The position numbers and the translations under genes are program-made. Source: Draconibacterium orientale (GTDB taxonomy: Bacteria > Bacteroidota > Bacteroidia > Bacteroidales > FEN-979). Taken from it: a DNA stretch of 61,505 nt. This document shows positions 8,881 through 18,627 of the stretch, piece after piece; the first letter of the stretch is position 1, and the number at the start of each line of letters is the position of its first letter. The stretch spans positions 1 to 61,505 of the forward strand of contig DYSO01000003.1 in NCBI GenBank assembly GCA_020718225.1, written 5' to 3'. The notes beneath the pieces were generated by a model. The model had not been told where the DNA came from, searched no databases, and saw only the letters and a program-made list of their open reading frames with translations.

Positions 8881-9363
8881 GTGCCAACAACGAACCTGAT
8901 TGGTGAATTTGAATGTCGGATTGATGACAAGAGTCGCATCATCTTGCCTTCTGCCCTGAAAAAACAGATCAGTCAGGAAGCGCAGGAAAAGTTTGTGATC
9001 AATCGTGGATTTGAAGGGTGCCTTGTTCTTTATCCCTACAATGTATGGAAGGAGACTACCGAAAACATCAATAAGTTGAACCTTTTTGTGCATGATAACC
9101 GTCGGTTTGTACGCTTTTTTTATAATGGCGCAACGGAGTTGACACTCGACAGCCAGAACCGGTTATTGTTACCAAAGACTTTGCTTGGTTTTGCATCCAT
9201 TGAAAAAGAGGTCATTTTATTTGCCTATTCTGACAGGATTGAAGTTTGGGATAAACACACCTATCAGCAGTTGTTGTCGAAAGAGCCTGAAGATTTTGCC
9301 CAGTTGGCTGAAAAAGTCATGGGAAAACAAGAGAGAAGTAGCGCTATTGATGATGTACCATAA
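8881..9363 (+). CDS. mraZ: Division/cell-wall cluster transcriptional repressor MraZ (GTG start at 8881 preferred over 8818)
   Basis: LIGEFECRIDDKSRIILP, FVINRGFEGCLVLYP, LDSQNRLLLP, RIEVWD; first gene of dcw. Confidence 0.95.
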   Translation: MPTTNLIGEFECRIDDKSRIILPSALKKQISQEAQEKFVINRGFEGCLVLYPYNVWKETTENINKLNLFVHDNRRFVRFFYNGATELTLDSQNRLLLPKTLLGFASIEKEVILFAYSDRIEVWDKHTYQQLLSKEPEDFAQLAEKVMGKQERSSAIDDVP

Positions 9364-10273
9364 CAGTGTTTTGCTCAACGAGAGCGTGGAATTTTTGGCC
9401 ATTCGGCCGGATGGTATTTATGTGGATGCCACTTACGGGGGCGGGGGGCACACCAAGGCCATCCTGGATCAACTTACCAATGGTAAAGTGATTGCTTTTG
9501 ATCAGGATGAGGAGGCTATAGATAACCGGATTAATGACCCCAGGCTCATTATGGTAAACAGCAATTTCAGGTTCCTCCGTAATTTTCTGATGCTGCACCG
9601 GGTATTACCGGTTGACGGGGTGCTGGCGGACCTTGGTATCTCTTCACATCAGATTGATCAGCCGGAACGTGGTTTTTCGACTCGTTTTGAGGGGATCCTT
9701 GATATGCGTATGGACAGGAGGAAGGGACAGACTGCAAGAGATATTGTAAACCAATACGGTGAAGAAAAATTATCCGATTTATTCCGGATTTATGGTGAGA
9801 TTCGAAATGCGCGCAGACTGGCTTCCCACATCGTAGTAAATCGGAAAAACAAATCCATAGAGACCACCTCAGAACTGAAGGAGATAGCTCAAACCTGTGC
9901 CGAGCGGGGAAAAGAGAACAAATACCTGGCCCAGGTTTTTCAAGCCCTCCGCATCGAAGTCAACCAGGAAATGGACGCGTTAAAAGCGTTTTTAACCCAG
10001 TCAACAGGTTGTCTGAAACCTGGGGGCAGATTGGTGGTGATCGCATATCATTCGCTGGAAGACAAACTGGTTAAGAATTACTTCCGGTCGGGCAATTTTG
10101 AAGGCAGGATTGAAAAGGATTTTTTTGGGAACATCCTGGCCCCGCTCAACCTTGTTACACGAAAAGCAATTGTTGCCCAGGCTTCAGAAATTGAAAAAAA
10201 CAACCGTTCACGGAGCGCCCGTTTGCGGGTTGCTGAAAAAAATAAAGATGCAGGACCATTGGAAATATGTTGA
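9350..10273 (+). CDS. rsmH: 16S rRNA m4C1402 methyltransferase RsmH (MraW); start at ATG 9350/9353
   Basis: YHNSVLLNE, VDATYGGGGHT, DLGISSHQID...RGFS, LDMRMD, FQALRIEVNQE, RSRSARLR. Confidence 0.97.
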   Translation: MMYHNSVLLNESVEFLAIRPDGIYVDATYGGGGHTKAILDQLTNGKVIAFDQDEEAIDNRINDPRLIMVNSNFRFLRNFLMLHRVLPVDGVLADLGISSHQIDQPERGFSTRFEGILDMRMDRRKGQTARDIVNQYGEEKLSDLFRIYGEIRNARRLASHIVVNRKNKSIETTSELKEIAQTCAERGKENKYLAQVFQALRIEVNQEMDALKAFLTQSTGCLKPGGRLVVIAYHSLEDKLVKNYFRSGNFEGRIEKDFFGNILAPLNLVTRKAIVAQASEIEKNNRSRSARLRVAEKNKDAGPLEIC

Positions 10274-10733
10274 TCAACCACAGCATGGTAAAACCAATAC
10301 CTGGTCGGAACCCGGTTTGAGTGAAGAAAACAGTGAACCCGGTTCAAATCAACCCCAGCGTGGAGAGCAGGTAAGATCTGTAAAAAAAAACAGAAAAAGC
10401 CGTAAGGCGGTCAAAGACTTTTTGGGAGGTGATTACCTGACACGGGAATGGGTCACCGGCAACATACCATTTCTTTTCTATGTTGCAGTACTCACAATGA
10501 TTTATATCGGAAACACCTATTACACGGAAAAGAAATACAAAGATATAGAGCGAACAAAAAATGAGTTGAAAGAATTGCGTTACCGGTATATCACGACCAA
10601 GTCGACCCTGATGTTCCAGTGCCGGCAATCGGAAATTTCGAAGCATGCAATTGAATATGGGCTAAAAGAAACCATCTTCCCACCCTATAAGATCCTCTAT
10701 TCGGGAAACACCCTGAGCGCCAAACAAGAATAA
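10248..10733 (+). CDS. ftsL: FtsL-like cell division protein (start uncertain)
   Basis: Between rsmH and ftsI; single TM segment followed by a coiled coil (KNELKELRYRYITTKSTLM). Confidence 0.7.
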   Translation: MQDHWKYVDQPQHGKTNTWSEPGLSEENSEPGSNQPQRGEQVRSVKKNRKSRKAVKDFLGGDYLTREWVTGNIPFLFYVAVLTMIYIGNTYYTEKKYKDIERTKNELKELRYRYITTKSTLMFQCRQSEISKHAIEYGLKETIFPPYKILYSGNTLSAKQE

Positions 10734-10737
10734 CAGG

Positions 10738-12885
10738 ATGAAAGAGATAAAAAAAGACATATTGGTCCGAGTCTATATTGTTTATTTCGGTATTCTGCTT
10801 TTTGGCCTGATTATCATTGCACGTGTTGTCATGATCCAGCAGCTGGACAAAAAAAAATATTCATCCATGGCTTTAAAGCAGGAGATCCATCTTGAAGAAG
10901 TTGAAGCTATCCGTGGCAATATTTGTGCCGACGATGGAACCCTGCTGGCAGTAAGCGTTCCCATTTTTGAAGTCCGGATGGATGTCATTACCGATTCTAT
11001 TTCCGATGTTGTTTTCAGAAACAATGTCGATTCCCTGTCGATCTGCCTTTCGAACCTCTTTCATGATCGTAAGCCGTCGGAATACAAAGATATGTTGTGG
11101 GAAGCCCGGCGTAACAACTCCCGGTTTCTTTTAATTCAACGCGATGTCACCTATCCGGATTTGAACAAAATGCGGAAATTTCCCATTTTCCGACGGGGTA
11201 AATACAAAGGGGGGTTAATTGTAATCCCCCGTTACGAGCGGGAATTACCTTATAAATCACTGGCCAGAAGGATCATTGGTTATGAAAGCGGCGAGGGAAA
11301 GAACAAAGTATATGTCGGGCTTGAAGGATCATTCAGTGAAAATCTTCAGGGTACCAACGGGCAACGCCTAATGCGACGTGTAGGCGGTCAGGCCTGGATG
11401 CCGGTAGATACCGAAAGCGAGATCGAACCCCGGAATGGCGATGATCTCATTACAACCATCGACGTAAACATTCAGGATCTGGCAGAAACAGCCCTCCGGA
11501 AGGAGTTGATTGCCGACAGCGCCGATCATGGTTGTGTCATCCTGATGGAGGTCAAAACCGGTTATATCCGGGCAATGGCAAACCTGGGACTAACAAAGAA
11601 CGGCACCTATGAAGAAATTCTGAATTATGCTATTGGAGAGAGTCAGGAAACCGGATCTACCTTCAAGCTGGCATCGTTTCTTGTCGCGTTGAACGATGGT
11701 AAAATCACTCCCGAAACCCCGGTCAATTGTAATGGAGGGATAACGACCTATTCCGGAAGAAAAATGGAGGATTCACATCACGGTCTTTATGTAGTCCCTG
11801 CCCGTGAAGTATTTGAAAAATCGTCGAATGTGGGAACCTCTCGGATGATATATACGGCTTACTCGGCAAATCCCCAGAAGTTTATCGACGGACTTTACCG
11901 GATCGGGATCAACCGTCCGTTAAACCTGCAGATTGCCGGCGAAGGCCGTCCTTATATCAAGACAACAAAAAGTAAATTCTGGTCGGCATTATCACTTCCA
12001 TGGATGTCGATCGGATATGAGATTTACCTGGCTCCCATTCACCTGTTGACCCTATACAATGCCGTTGCCAACAATGGGACCATGGTAAAACCTCTTTTTG
12101 TCAGGGAGATACGCAGAAACGGGAAACCACTTCAACGATTTGATCCAATAATCATCAATCCGCAGATCGTTTCACCCGCAGCCATCAGAAGCGCACAAAA
12201 CCTTCTTTTAGGGGTAGTGGAAGAGGGCACTGGTCAGGGGATCAGGACACCCCACTACAAAATTGCAGGAAAAACAGGAACCGTGCAGATTGCAGCCAAC
12301 AATAAAGGCTACCGTCAGGGAACCCGACAGGTACAGTACAAAGGTTCTTTTGTGGGGTATTTCCCGGCCAATAATCCGAAATATTCCTGTATCGTTGTGA
12401 TTGTCAATCCAAAAAAAGGAAAATATTATGGGGGTTCTGTAGCAGCGCCTGTTTTCAGGGAATTATCTGATAAACTGTATGCAATTCGTCCCGACATCAT
12501 CATTCCACTGCCTGAAGATACCAGTTCGAATTTCTTACCCAATGGCCATCCGGGTTTCGTGTCCGACCTGTCCGAAGCAGTTATATCACTCGGTATTAAA
12601 TCAATACGAACCAACAGTATCGCTCCCTGGGGGAATCCGGAAACTACATCGGATCAAATTATTATTACACCACAAGGATTTAGCAAAGGGATTATGCCCG
12701 ATGTAAAAGGCATGGTTCTAAAAGATGCTTTATTTCTGCTGGAACAACAGGGATTGCATGTCCTGGTCAACGGAAAAGGCAACGTGGTCAATCAATCCCT
12801 TTTGCCCGGGGCCATGATCACAAAAGGGATGCCGGTTGTGATTGAACTTCGTTTAAAACAGGACAAACCCAAACCTGAAGCCTGA
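10738..12885 (+). CDS. ftsI: Class B penicillin-binding protein FtsI/PBP3 with C-terminal PASTA domain
   Basis: N-terminal TM; RGNI..DG; SxxK (GSTFK), SxN (SSN), KTG (KTGT); MPDVKGM PASTA. Confidence 0.95.
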   Translation: MKEIKKDILVRVYIVYFGILLFGLIIIARVVMIQQLDKKKYSSMALKQEIHLEEVEAIRGNICADDGTLLAVSVPIFEVRMDVITDSISDVVFRNNVDSLSICLSNLFHDRKPSEYKDMLWEARRNNSRFLLIQRDVTYPDLNKMRKFPIFRRGKYKGGLIVIPRYERELPYKSLARRIIGYESGEGKNKVYVGLEGSFSENLQGTNGQRLMRRVGGQAWMPVDTESEIEPRNGDDLITTIDVNIQDLAETALRKELIADSADHGCVILMEVKTGYIRAMANLGLTKNGTYEEILNYAIGESQETGSTFKLASFLVALNDGKITPETPVNCNGGITTYSGRKMEDSHHGLYVVPAREVFEKSSNVGTSRMIYTAYSANPQKFIDGLYRIGINRPLNLQIAGEGRPYIKTTKSKFWSALSLPWMSIGYEIYLAPIHLLTLYNAVANNGTMVKPLFVREIRRNGKPLQRFDPIIINPQIVSPAAIRSAQNLLLGVVEEGTGQGIRTPHYKIAGKTGTVQIAANNKGYRQGTRQVQYKGSFVGYFPANNPKYSCIVVIVNPKKGKYYGGSVAAPVFRELSDKLYAIRPDIIIPLPEDTSSNFLPNGHPGFVSDLSEAVISLGIKSIRTNSIAPWGNPETTSDQIIITPQGFSKGIMPDVKGMVLKDALFLLEQQGLHVLVNGKGNVVNQSLLPGAMITKGMPVVIELRLKQDKPKPEA

Positions 12886-14354
12886 TGGAATTAAAGGAAA
12901 TCATCGGTGATATCATCATTCGCGAAAGCACGGGAGATACCCATATTCTGGTAACCGGTCTAAGTTTTGATTCACGGAGCATGGTTGCGGGCAACCTTTT
13001 TATTGCCATCCGGGGAACGGCTTCCGACGGACATGATTTTATTGAGGCGGCCCTTTTCCGCGGCGCAGTTGGTGTGGTTTGCGAGGTTGTTCCCGTCAAC
13101 AAAAAAGAGGGCATCTGCTATATTGTTGTGGAAAACAGCAGCATTGCACTGGGTAAAATGGCATCCACATTTTACGGAAACCCTTCTGGAAAGTTGCATT
13201 TGATTGGTGTTACCGGAACCAATGGTAAAACGACAACAGTCACTTTATTGCACCGGCTATTTCTCAGTCTTGGATACGGTTGTGGCCTGATTTCAACCAT
13301 TGTAAACAAGATAAACACCACTGAATTTCCAGCAACACATACAACCCCTGATCCCATCCGGCTAAACGAATTGATGGCCCGGATGGTGGATGCCGGATGT
13401 GAATATTGCTTTATGGAGGTTTCATCGCATGCTGTGGACCAGCATAGAATTTCAGGGTTAACCTTTTCAGGGGGTATTTTTACCAATCTCACGCACGATC
13501 ATCTCGATTATCATAAAACCTTTGAAGCTTATCTTAAAGCAAAAAAGCGTTTTTTCGACCTGCTTCCTTGCGGTTCCTTCGCATTGATTAACAAGGACGA
13601 CAAAACCGGCCCTGTTATGTTGCAGAATACAGAGGCAACGAAATACACTTACAGCCTTCGCGGAATGGCTGATTTTCGGTGCAATATTATTGAAAATCAG
13701 TTTGATGGTCTTCTACTTAACATAGATGGAACAGAGGTTTGGTTCAAACTGATCGGGACTTTTAATGCCTACAATTTACTCTCGGTATATGCAGCGGCGA
13801 TTTTGCTGGGCCAGGAAAAAACCGGTGTCCTCACCACTTTAAGCCGGTTGGATCCGGTCGACGGAAGATTTAATTATGTCAGATCCCCTGAAAATGTCAC
13901 TGCAATTGTGGATTATGCCCACACCCCCGATGCTTTGCAAAACGTGCTGGAAACAATAAACAGCATCCGGGGGCATCATGAACAGTTGATTACCGTGGTT
14001 GGCGCCGGAGGTAACCGGGATATTTCGAAACGCCCCATCATGGCTGCCATTGCATGTAAATTCAGCGACCGGGTGATTTTCACCTCCGACAACCCCCGTT
14101 TTGAAGACCCGGAGGCTATCCTGGCAGACATGAAACGGGGAGTTGAACTTCACCAGGTTGGGAAAATACTGACCATTGTGAACCGGGAGGAGGCAATTAA
14201 AACGGCATGTGCCCTGGCCCGACCGGGAGATATTCTGCTGGTTGCAGGGAAAGGACATGAAAACTACCAGGAGGTACAGGGTGTTAAGCGCCATTTTAAC
14301 GATAAAGAAATACTACAGGCTATTTTCGGAAATACAAACCTGATCAATCCGTAA
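12885..14354 (+). CDS. murE: UDP-MurNAc-L-Ala-D-Glu--meso-DAP ligase
   Basis: [44 protein letters not shown] (DAP-type), AGKGHENYQ. Confidence 0.97.
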   Translation: MELKEIIGDIIIRESTGDTHILVTGLSFDSRSMVAGNLFIAIRGTASDGHDFIEAALFRGAVGVVCEVVPVNKKEGICYIVVENSSIALGKMASTFYGNPSGKLHLIGVTGTNGKTTTVTLLHRLFLSLGYGCGLISTIVNKINTTEFPATHTTPDPIRLNELMARMVDAGCEYCFMEVSSHAVDQHRISGLTFSGGIFTNLTHDHLDYHKTFEAYLKAKKRFFDLLPCGSFALINKDDKTGPVMLQNTEATKYTYSLRGMADFRCNIIENQFDGLLLNIDGTEVWFKLIGTFNAYNLLSVYAAAILLGQEKTGVLTTLSRLDPVDGRFNYVRSPENVTAIVDYAHTPDALQNVLETINSIRGHHEQLITVVGAGGNRDISKRPIMAAIACKFSDRVIFTSDNPRFEDPEAILADMKRGVELHQVGKILTIVNREEAIKTACALARPGDILLVAGKGHENYQEVQGVKRHFNDKEILQAIFGNTNLINP

Positions 14355-14358
14355 GAGG

Positions 14359-15621
14359 ATGTTATACTATTTTTTTTCATGGTTGGACACAACCTTCAAC
14401 TTCCCCGGGGCAGGGGTTTTTCAATATATCTCTTTCAGGGCGGCGGCGGCGCTTATAACCTCGCTGTTCATCACCATGATCATCGGGAAAAGACTGATCC
14501 ATTTCCTGCATAAAAAACAGGTGGGTGAAACCGTACGTGATCTTGGGCTTGCAGGGCAAAATCAAAAACAAGGTACCCCAACCATGGGAGGGTTGATTAT
14601 TCTTTCGGCCATTTTGGTCCCGTCACTTTTGTTTGCAAAACTGCACAATATATATATCATCCTCGTAATGATAGCGACCTTATGGCTGGGATTGATCGGA
14701 TTTCTGGATGATTATATTAAAGTATTTAAAAAAGATAAAAAGGGGCTGTCTGGTAAGTTGAAAATCCTCGGACAGATCGGACTAGGACTGATTGTAGGAT
14801 TTACGATGTATTTCAGCGATCGTATTGTGATCCGGGAACGGATCCAACAATCAGCCTATGTTCCTACAACGGATGTTTTCAATGTTGAAGGAGGTGTTGC
14901 CACACACGATAAGGCACGGATATTTTCGAAGGATGCAGTGAAGTCAACAAAAACAACCATTCCTTTTATAAAGAACAACGAATTTGATTACAGTCATTTT
15001 GTTTCATGGTTGGGAAAAGGCGCCAAACAGTGGACCTGGCTGATTTTTATACCCATTGTGATCTTCATCATCATTGCCGTATCCAATGGAGCCAATCTCA
15101 CCGATGGCCTGGACGGGCTTGCAACCGGAACTTCGGCCATCATTGGGTTAACCCTTGGGGTATTTGCCTATGTTTCGGGGAACATTGTATTTGCCAATTA
15201 CTTAAATATCATGTATATACCAAATACCGGAGAGCTAACAATTTATATTTCAGCATTTGTGGGCGCGTGTATAGGTTTCTTATGGTACAATTCTTATCCG
15301 GCTCAGGTCTTTATGGGAGATACCGGAAGTCTTGCTTTGGGGGGGATCATTGCCGTGTTTGCCATAATGATCCGGAAAGAGATACTGATCCCTATTTTTT
15401 GCGGGGTTTTTTTAGCAGAAAACCTTTCGGTAGTGATGCAGGTTGGATGGTTCAAGTACACCCGGAGGAAATTCGGGACAGGGCGGAGAATATTCAAAAT
15501 GGCGCCCCTTCATCATCATTTCCAGATGTTGGGATACCATGAATCGAAAATTGTCCTGCGCTTTTTTATTGTCAGCATCATGCTGGCTGTTTTATCCATT
15601 GTAACACTCAAACTCAGATAA
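14359..15621 (+). CDS. mraY: Phospho-MurNAc-pentapeptide transferase
   Basis: [40 protein letters not shown]. Confidence 0.97.
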   Translation: MLYYFFSWLDTTFNFPGAGVFQYISFRAAAALITSLFITMIIGKRLIHFLHKKQVGETVRDLGLAGQNQKQGTPTMGGLIILSAILVPSLLFAKLHNIYIILVMIATLWLGLIGFLDDYIKVFKKDKKGLSGKLKILGQIGLGLIVGFTMYFSDRIVIRERIQQSAYVPTTDVFNVEGGVATHDKARIFSKDAVKSTKTTIPFIKNNEFDYSHFVSWLGKGAKQWTWLIFIPIVIFIIIAVSNGANLTDGLDGLATGTSAIIGLTLGVFAYVSGNIVFANYLNIMYIPNTGELTIYISAFVGACIGFLWYNSYPAQVFMGDTGSLALGGIIAVFAIMIRKEILIPIFCGVFLAENLSVVMQVGWFKYTRRKFGTGRRIFKMAPLHHHFQMLGYHESKIVLRFFIVSIMLAVLSIVTLKLR

Positions 15622-15626
15622 CAACC

Positions 15627-16175
15627 ATGACATTAGAAGCCTTAGCAAAACAAGGGCACACCACGGTGTACGACTCATTGGCTGCCTCCATTGGGCCAAA
15701 AATCAGGGACATCAGAAAAGAGTTCATCAAAGAGAGTTTCTCGGGGTTTCAACAACCGGAACATCGGCTCGAAACAGTTGCCAATATTCACGGAATGGAG
15801 TTTATCAACGATTCGCGTTCATCCAATATCAATGCTACCTGGTATGCCATTGAGAGTATTTCCAGGCCGATTATATGGATTGTTGGCGGTGTTGAAAACG
15901 GCAATGATTATTCGGTTGTATATCCCTTGGTGAAACGTTTTGTACAGGGCATAATATGCCTGGGACTCGATAACCGTCGTATCCACGAGGCATTTGATGA
16001 TCTGTGTAAACCCATGGCTGACGTTATCACTATGGGGGCGGCGGTGCAGGCTGCCTATTCCATGGGAATCCGGAACGAGGTAATCTTACTTTCACCGGCA
16101 TGTGCCAGCTTCGATCTGTTTGAAAACTTCGAAGAACGGGGAAAAGCATTCCGGGAAGCGGTAAAAAAATTATAA
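15627..16175 (+). CDS. murD: MurD C-terminal-domain-only protein (182 aa), lacking the N-terminal and ATP-binding domains; putatively non-catalytic
   Basis: EHRLE, FINDS, WIVGG, ICLG.DN, LLSPACASFDLF..FEERG..F match the MurD C-terminus; no P-loop; occupies the murD slot with only 5 bp after the mraY stop. Confidence 0.8.
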   Translation: MTLEALAKQGHTTVYDSLAASIGPKIRDIRKEFIKESFSGFQQPEHRLETVANIHGMEFINDSRSSNINATWYAIESISRPIIWIVGGVENGNDYSVVYPLVKRFVQGIICLGLDNRRIHEAFDDLCKPMADVITMGAAVQAAYSMGIRNEVILLSPACASFDLFENFEERGKAFREAVKKL

Positions 16176-16186
16176 ACTGACAGACC

Positions 16187-17398
16187 ATGCCACACTTTCT
16201 AAGGGAGATAAAGGGAGATAAAGTAATCTGGATCGTTGTTGTGATTCTGTGCATTTTTTCTATACTGGCCGTTTACAGTAGTACCGGAACCCTTGCATAT
16301 AAAAAACAACATGGCAATACTGAATACTATCTTGTCAAACATTTTCTCATCCTGTGTTTTGGCCTCATTCTTATGTACATAACCCATTTGATAAAATATA
16401 CCTATTATTCGCGTATTTCGCAGATCGGATTATTTCTGACATTGCCATTGCTTCTGGTTACGCTGGTTTCGGGTACCAATTTGAACGAAGCGCCCCGTTG
16501 GCTGACGGTCCCGTTGGTTAACCTGACGTTTCAAAGTTCCGATATTGCCAAACTTTTTCTCTTCATGTACCTGGCCAGGATCCTGAGTAAAAAACAAGAG
16601 ATGGTACAGGATTTCCGTAAAGGGTTTCTTCCGGTGATAATCCCGGTAATCCTGGTCACCCTTCTTATTTTACCCGCGAATTTCTCAACTGCAGCCATAT
16701 TGTTTGTGACGAGCCTGATCATCATGTTTATCGGGAGGATCAGTATGAAGTATATGGTGTCGCTGATCGCACTGGGTTTTATCGGTATTATTATCATCTT
16801 TTCATTATCCAAATCTTTTCCTAAACTATTACCCCGCACCCCTACCTGGATTGCCCGGATTGACAATTTTATCAACAAGGACAAAGCCGATACAGACGCC
16901 ACATATCAAATTGATCAGGCGAAGATTGCCATTGTTTCGGGAGGGATTCTCGGAAAATCGCCGGGGAAGAGCACCCAGCGGAATTTTTTGCCCCATCCCT
17001 ACTCCGATTTCATTTTTGCCATTATCATTGAAGAATATGGACTGGCCGGAGGCGGTTTTTTATTGTTTCTTTATCTTATTCTCTTTTTCAGGGTTATCCG
17101 TGTTGCCAGTCGAAGTGAAGGGAATTTTGGTTCATTACTGGTTGTGGGTATCGGGTTTAGTTTGGTTTTCCAGGCGCTAATTAATATGGCCGTAGCGGTA
17201 GACCTGTTTCCGGTAACCGGTCAAACATTGCCATTAGTAAGCATGGGGGGCACCTCAATCTGGTTCACCAGCATATCGTTGGGTATAATCCTTAGTGTAA
17301 GCCGGAGGACAGAGATGGAGACCAAAGATGGGACGGAGGTTGAAGTTCTTCAGGAACCGGGGTTGGGTATTAATCCTCAAACAGCCATGGTACCATGA
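16187..17398 (+). CDS. ftsW: SEDS peptidoglycan polymerase FtsW
   Basis: RW......TFQSSDIAK, YQIDQAKIAI..GG..GK.PG.S.QRNFLPHPYSDFIFAII.EEYG, GQTLPLVSMGGTS. Confidence 0.95.
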   Translation: MPHFLREIKGDKVIWIVVVILCIFSILAVYSSTGTLAYKKQHGNTEYYLVKHFLILCFGLILMYITHLIKYTYYSRISQIGLFLTLPLLLVTLVSGTNLNEAPRWLTVPLVNLTFQSSDIAKLFLFMYLARILSKKQEMVQDFRKGFLPVIIPVILVTLLILPANFSTAAILFVTSLIIMFIGRISMKYMVSLIALGFIGIIIIFSLSKSFPKLLPRTPTWIARIDNFINKDKADTDATYQIDQAKIAIVSGGILGKSPGKSTQRNFLPHPYSDFIFAIIIEEYGLAGGGFLLFLYLILFFRVIRVASRSEGNFGSLLVVGIGFSLVFQALINMAVAVDLFPVTGQTLPLVSMGGTSIWFTSISLGIILSVSRRTEMETKDGTEVEVLQEPGLGINPQTAMVP

Positions 17399-18627
17399 CA
17401 AAGATAATAATCAGCGGCGGGGGAACCGGTGGACATGTTTATCCGGCCATTGCCATTGCCAATGCCCTGAAAGCAAAGGAAGAGGACATGGATATTTTGT
17501 TTATCGGGGCGCAGGGCCGGATGGAAATGGAAAAAGTACCGGCAGCAGGTTATCGAATTGAAGGTCTGAAAATAAGCGGATTTCAAAGAAAGTTTACCTG
17601 GAAAAATCTGACTTTCCCATTCAAACTGGCAGTAAGTTTGATGAAAGCAAGGAAAATAATTACCCATTTCAAACCCGATGCCGTTATCGGGGTTGGAGGT
17701 TATGCCAGCGGCCCGACCTTGCGGTTGGCGGCATCAAGAGGAATCCCATGCCTGATCCAGGAACAGAATTCATTTCCCGGGATGACAAATCGCTTATTGG
17801 CTGAAAAAGTCCGTACAATCTGCGTGGCTTATCCAGGGATGGAGAAATTTTTTCCGGTTGAAAAAATCAGACTGACCGGGAACCCCATTCGCCAGGACCT
17901 GGTAAACCTTACAGGTAAAGAAAAAGAAGCACGGGCCTATTTCGGGTTTAAGGATGATGAAAAGGTCGTTTTGGTGTTGGGTGGCAGTCTTGGCGCCGCA
18001 AACATAAACAAAGCCATGTTAAAATTTATTGGGGAAAACGTCACCTCTGAAATCCCCTTCCAGATCATCTGGCAAACCGGAAATTATTATTATGAAGCCG
18101 TATATAAAAATCTACAGAATGAAGGATGCAGGGTTCCAGGCTCTTCCCTCCTTCCGAATGAAGGTCCCGGTGGCTATGATTTCCGGCATCCGGCATCCGG
18201 TATCGGGAAAGTAGTTGTTGTCCCATTCATCAACCGGATGGACCTGGCTTATTCCATTGCCGATCTGATCGTTTCAAGGGCAGGGGCCATTGCCATTTCA
18301 GAGCTGAGTGTTATTGCACGGCCCATCATTCTCGTTCCATCGCCCAATGTGGCCGAAGACCATCAGACAAAAAATGCCGAGGCGTTTGTCAGACAAAAGG
18401 CAGCCCTGATGGTGCGTGATCAGGATGCATCAGAGATGCTGGGGAATACCATCGTCAAACTGATCAATGACTGCTCTCTTCAGCAAGAACTGACAAACCA
18501 TTTAAGACCCCTGGGGATAATGGATGGCGCGGAAAAAATAGCAGAAGAGACTCTCAAACTGCTTCCCGGAGCTATGAAAAAAGAAAACCGGCATTTGACA
18601 TTAACTCCATTGAAACAGACCAGATGA
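17395..18627 (+). CDS. murG: Undecaprenyl-PP-MurNAc-pentapeptide GlcNAc transferase MurG, with an apparent internal insertion
   Basis: SGGGTGGHVYP, GGYAS, EQNSFPG..N, GNPIR, GGSLGA, SRAGA, DHQTKNA. Confidence 0.97.
   Translation: MTKIIISGGGTGGHVYPAIAIANALKAKEEDMDILFIGAQGRMEMEKVPAAGYRIEGLKISGFQRKFTWKNLTFPFKLAVSLMKARKIITHFKPDAVIGVGGYASGPTLRLAASRGIPCLIQEQNSFPGMTNRLLAEKVRTICVAYPGMEKFFPVEKIRLTGNPIRQDLVNLTGKEKEARAYFGFKDDEKVVLVLGGSLGAANINKAMLKFIGENVTSEIPFQIIWQTGNYYYEAVYKNLQNEGCRVPGSSLLPNEGPGGYDFRHPASGIGKVVVVPFINRMDLAYSIADLIVSRAGAIAISELSVIARPIILVPSPNVAEDHQTKNAEAFVRQKAALMVRDQDASEMLGNTIVKLINDCSLQQELTNHLRPLGIMDGAEKIAEETLKLLPGAMKKENRHLTLTPLKQTR
18181..18208. repeat. Degenerate heptamer run TTCCGGC ATCCGGC ATCCGGT ATCGGGA inside murG
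   Basis: Direct reading; a GAATGAAGG direct repeat also occurs at 18117 and 18156. Confidence 0.6.

Noticed and set aside
9185-9349. Long rsmH/mraZ overlap
   Set aside because: ORF-caller extension; RsmH homology starts at MMYHNSVLL (9350)
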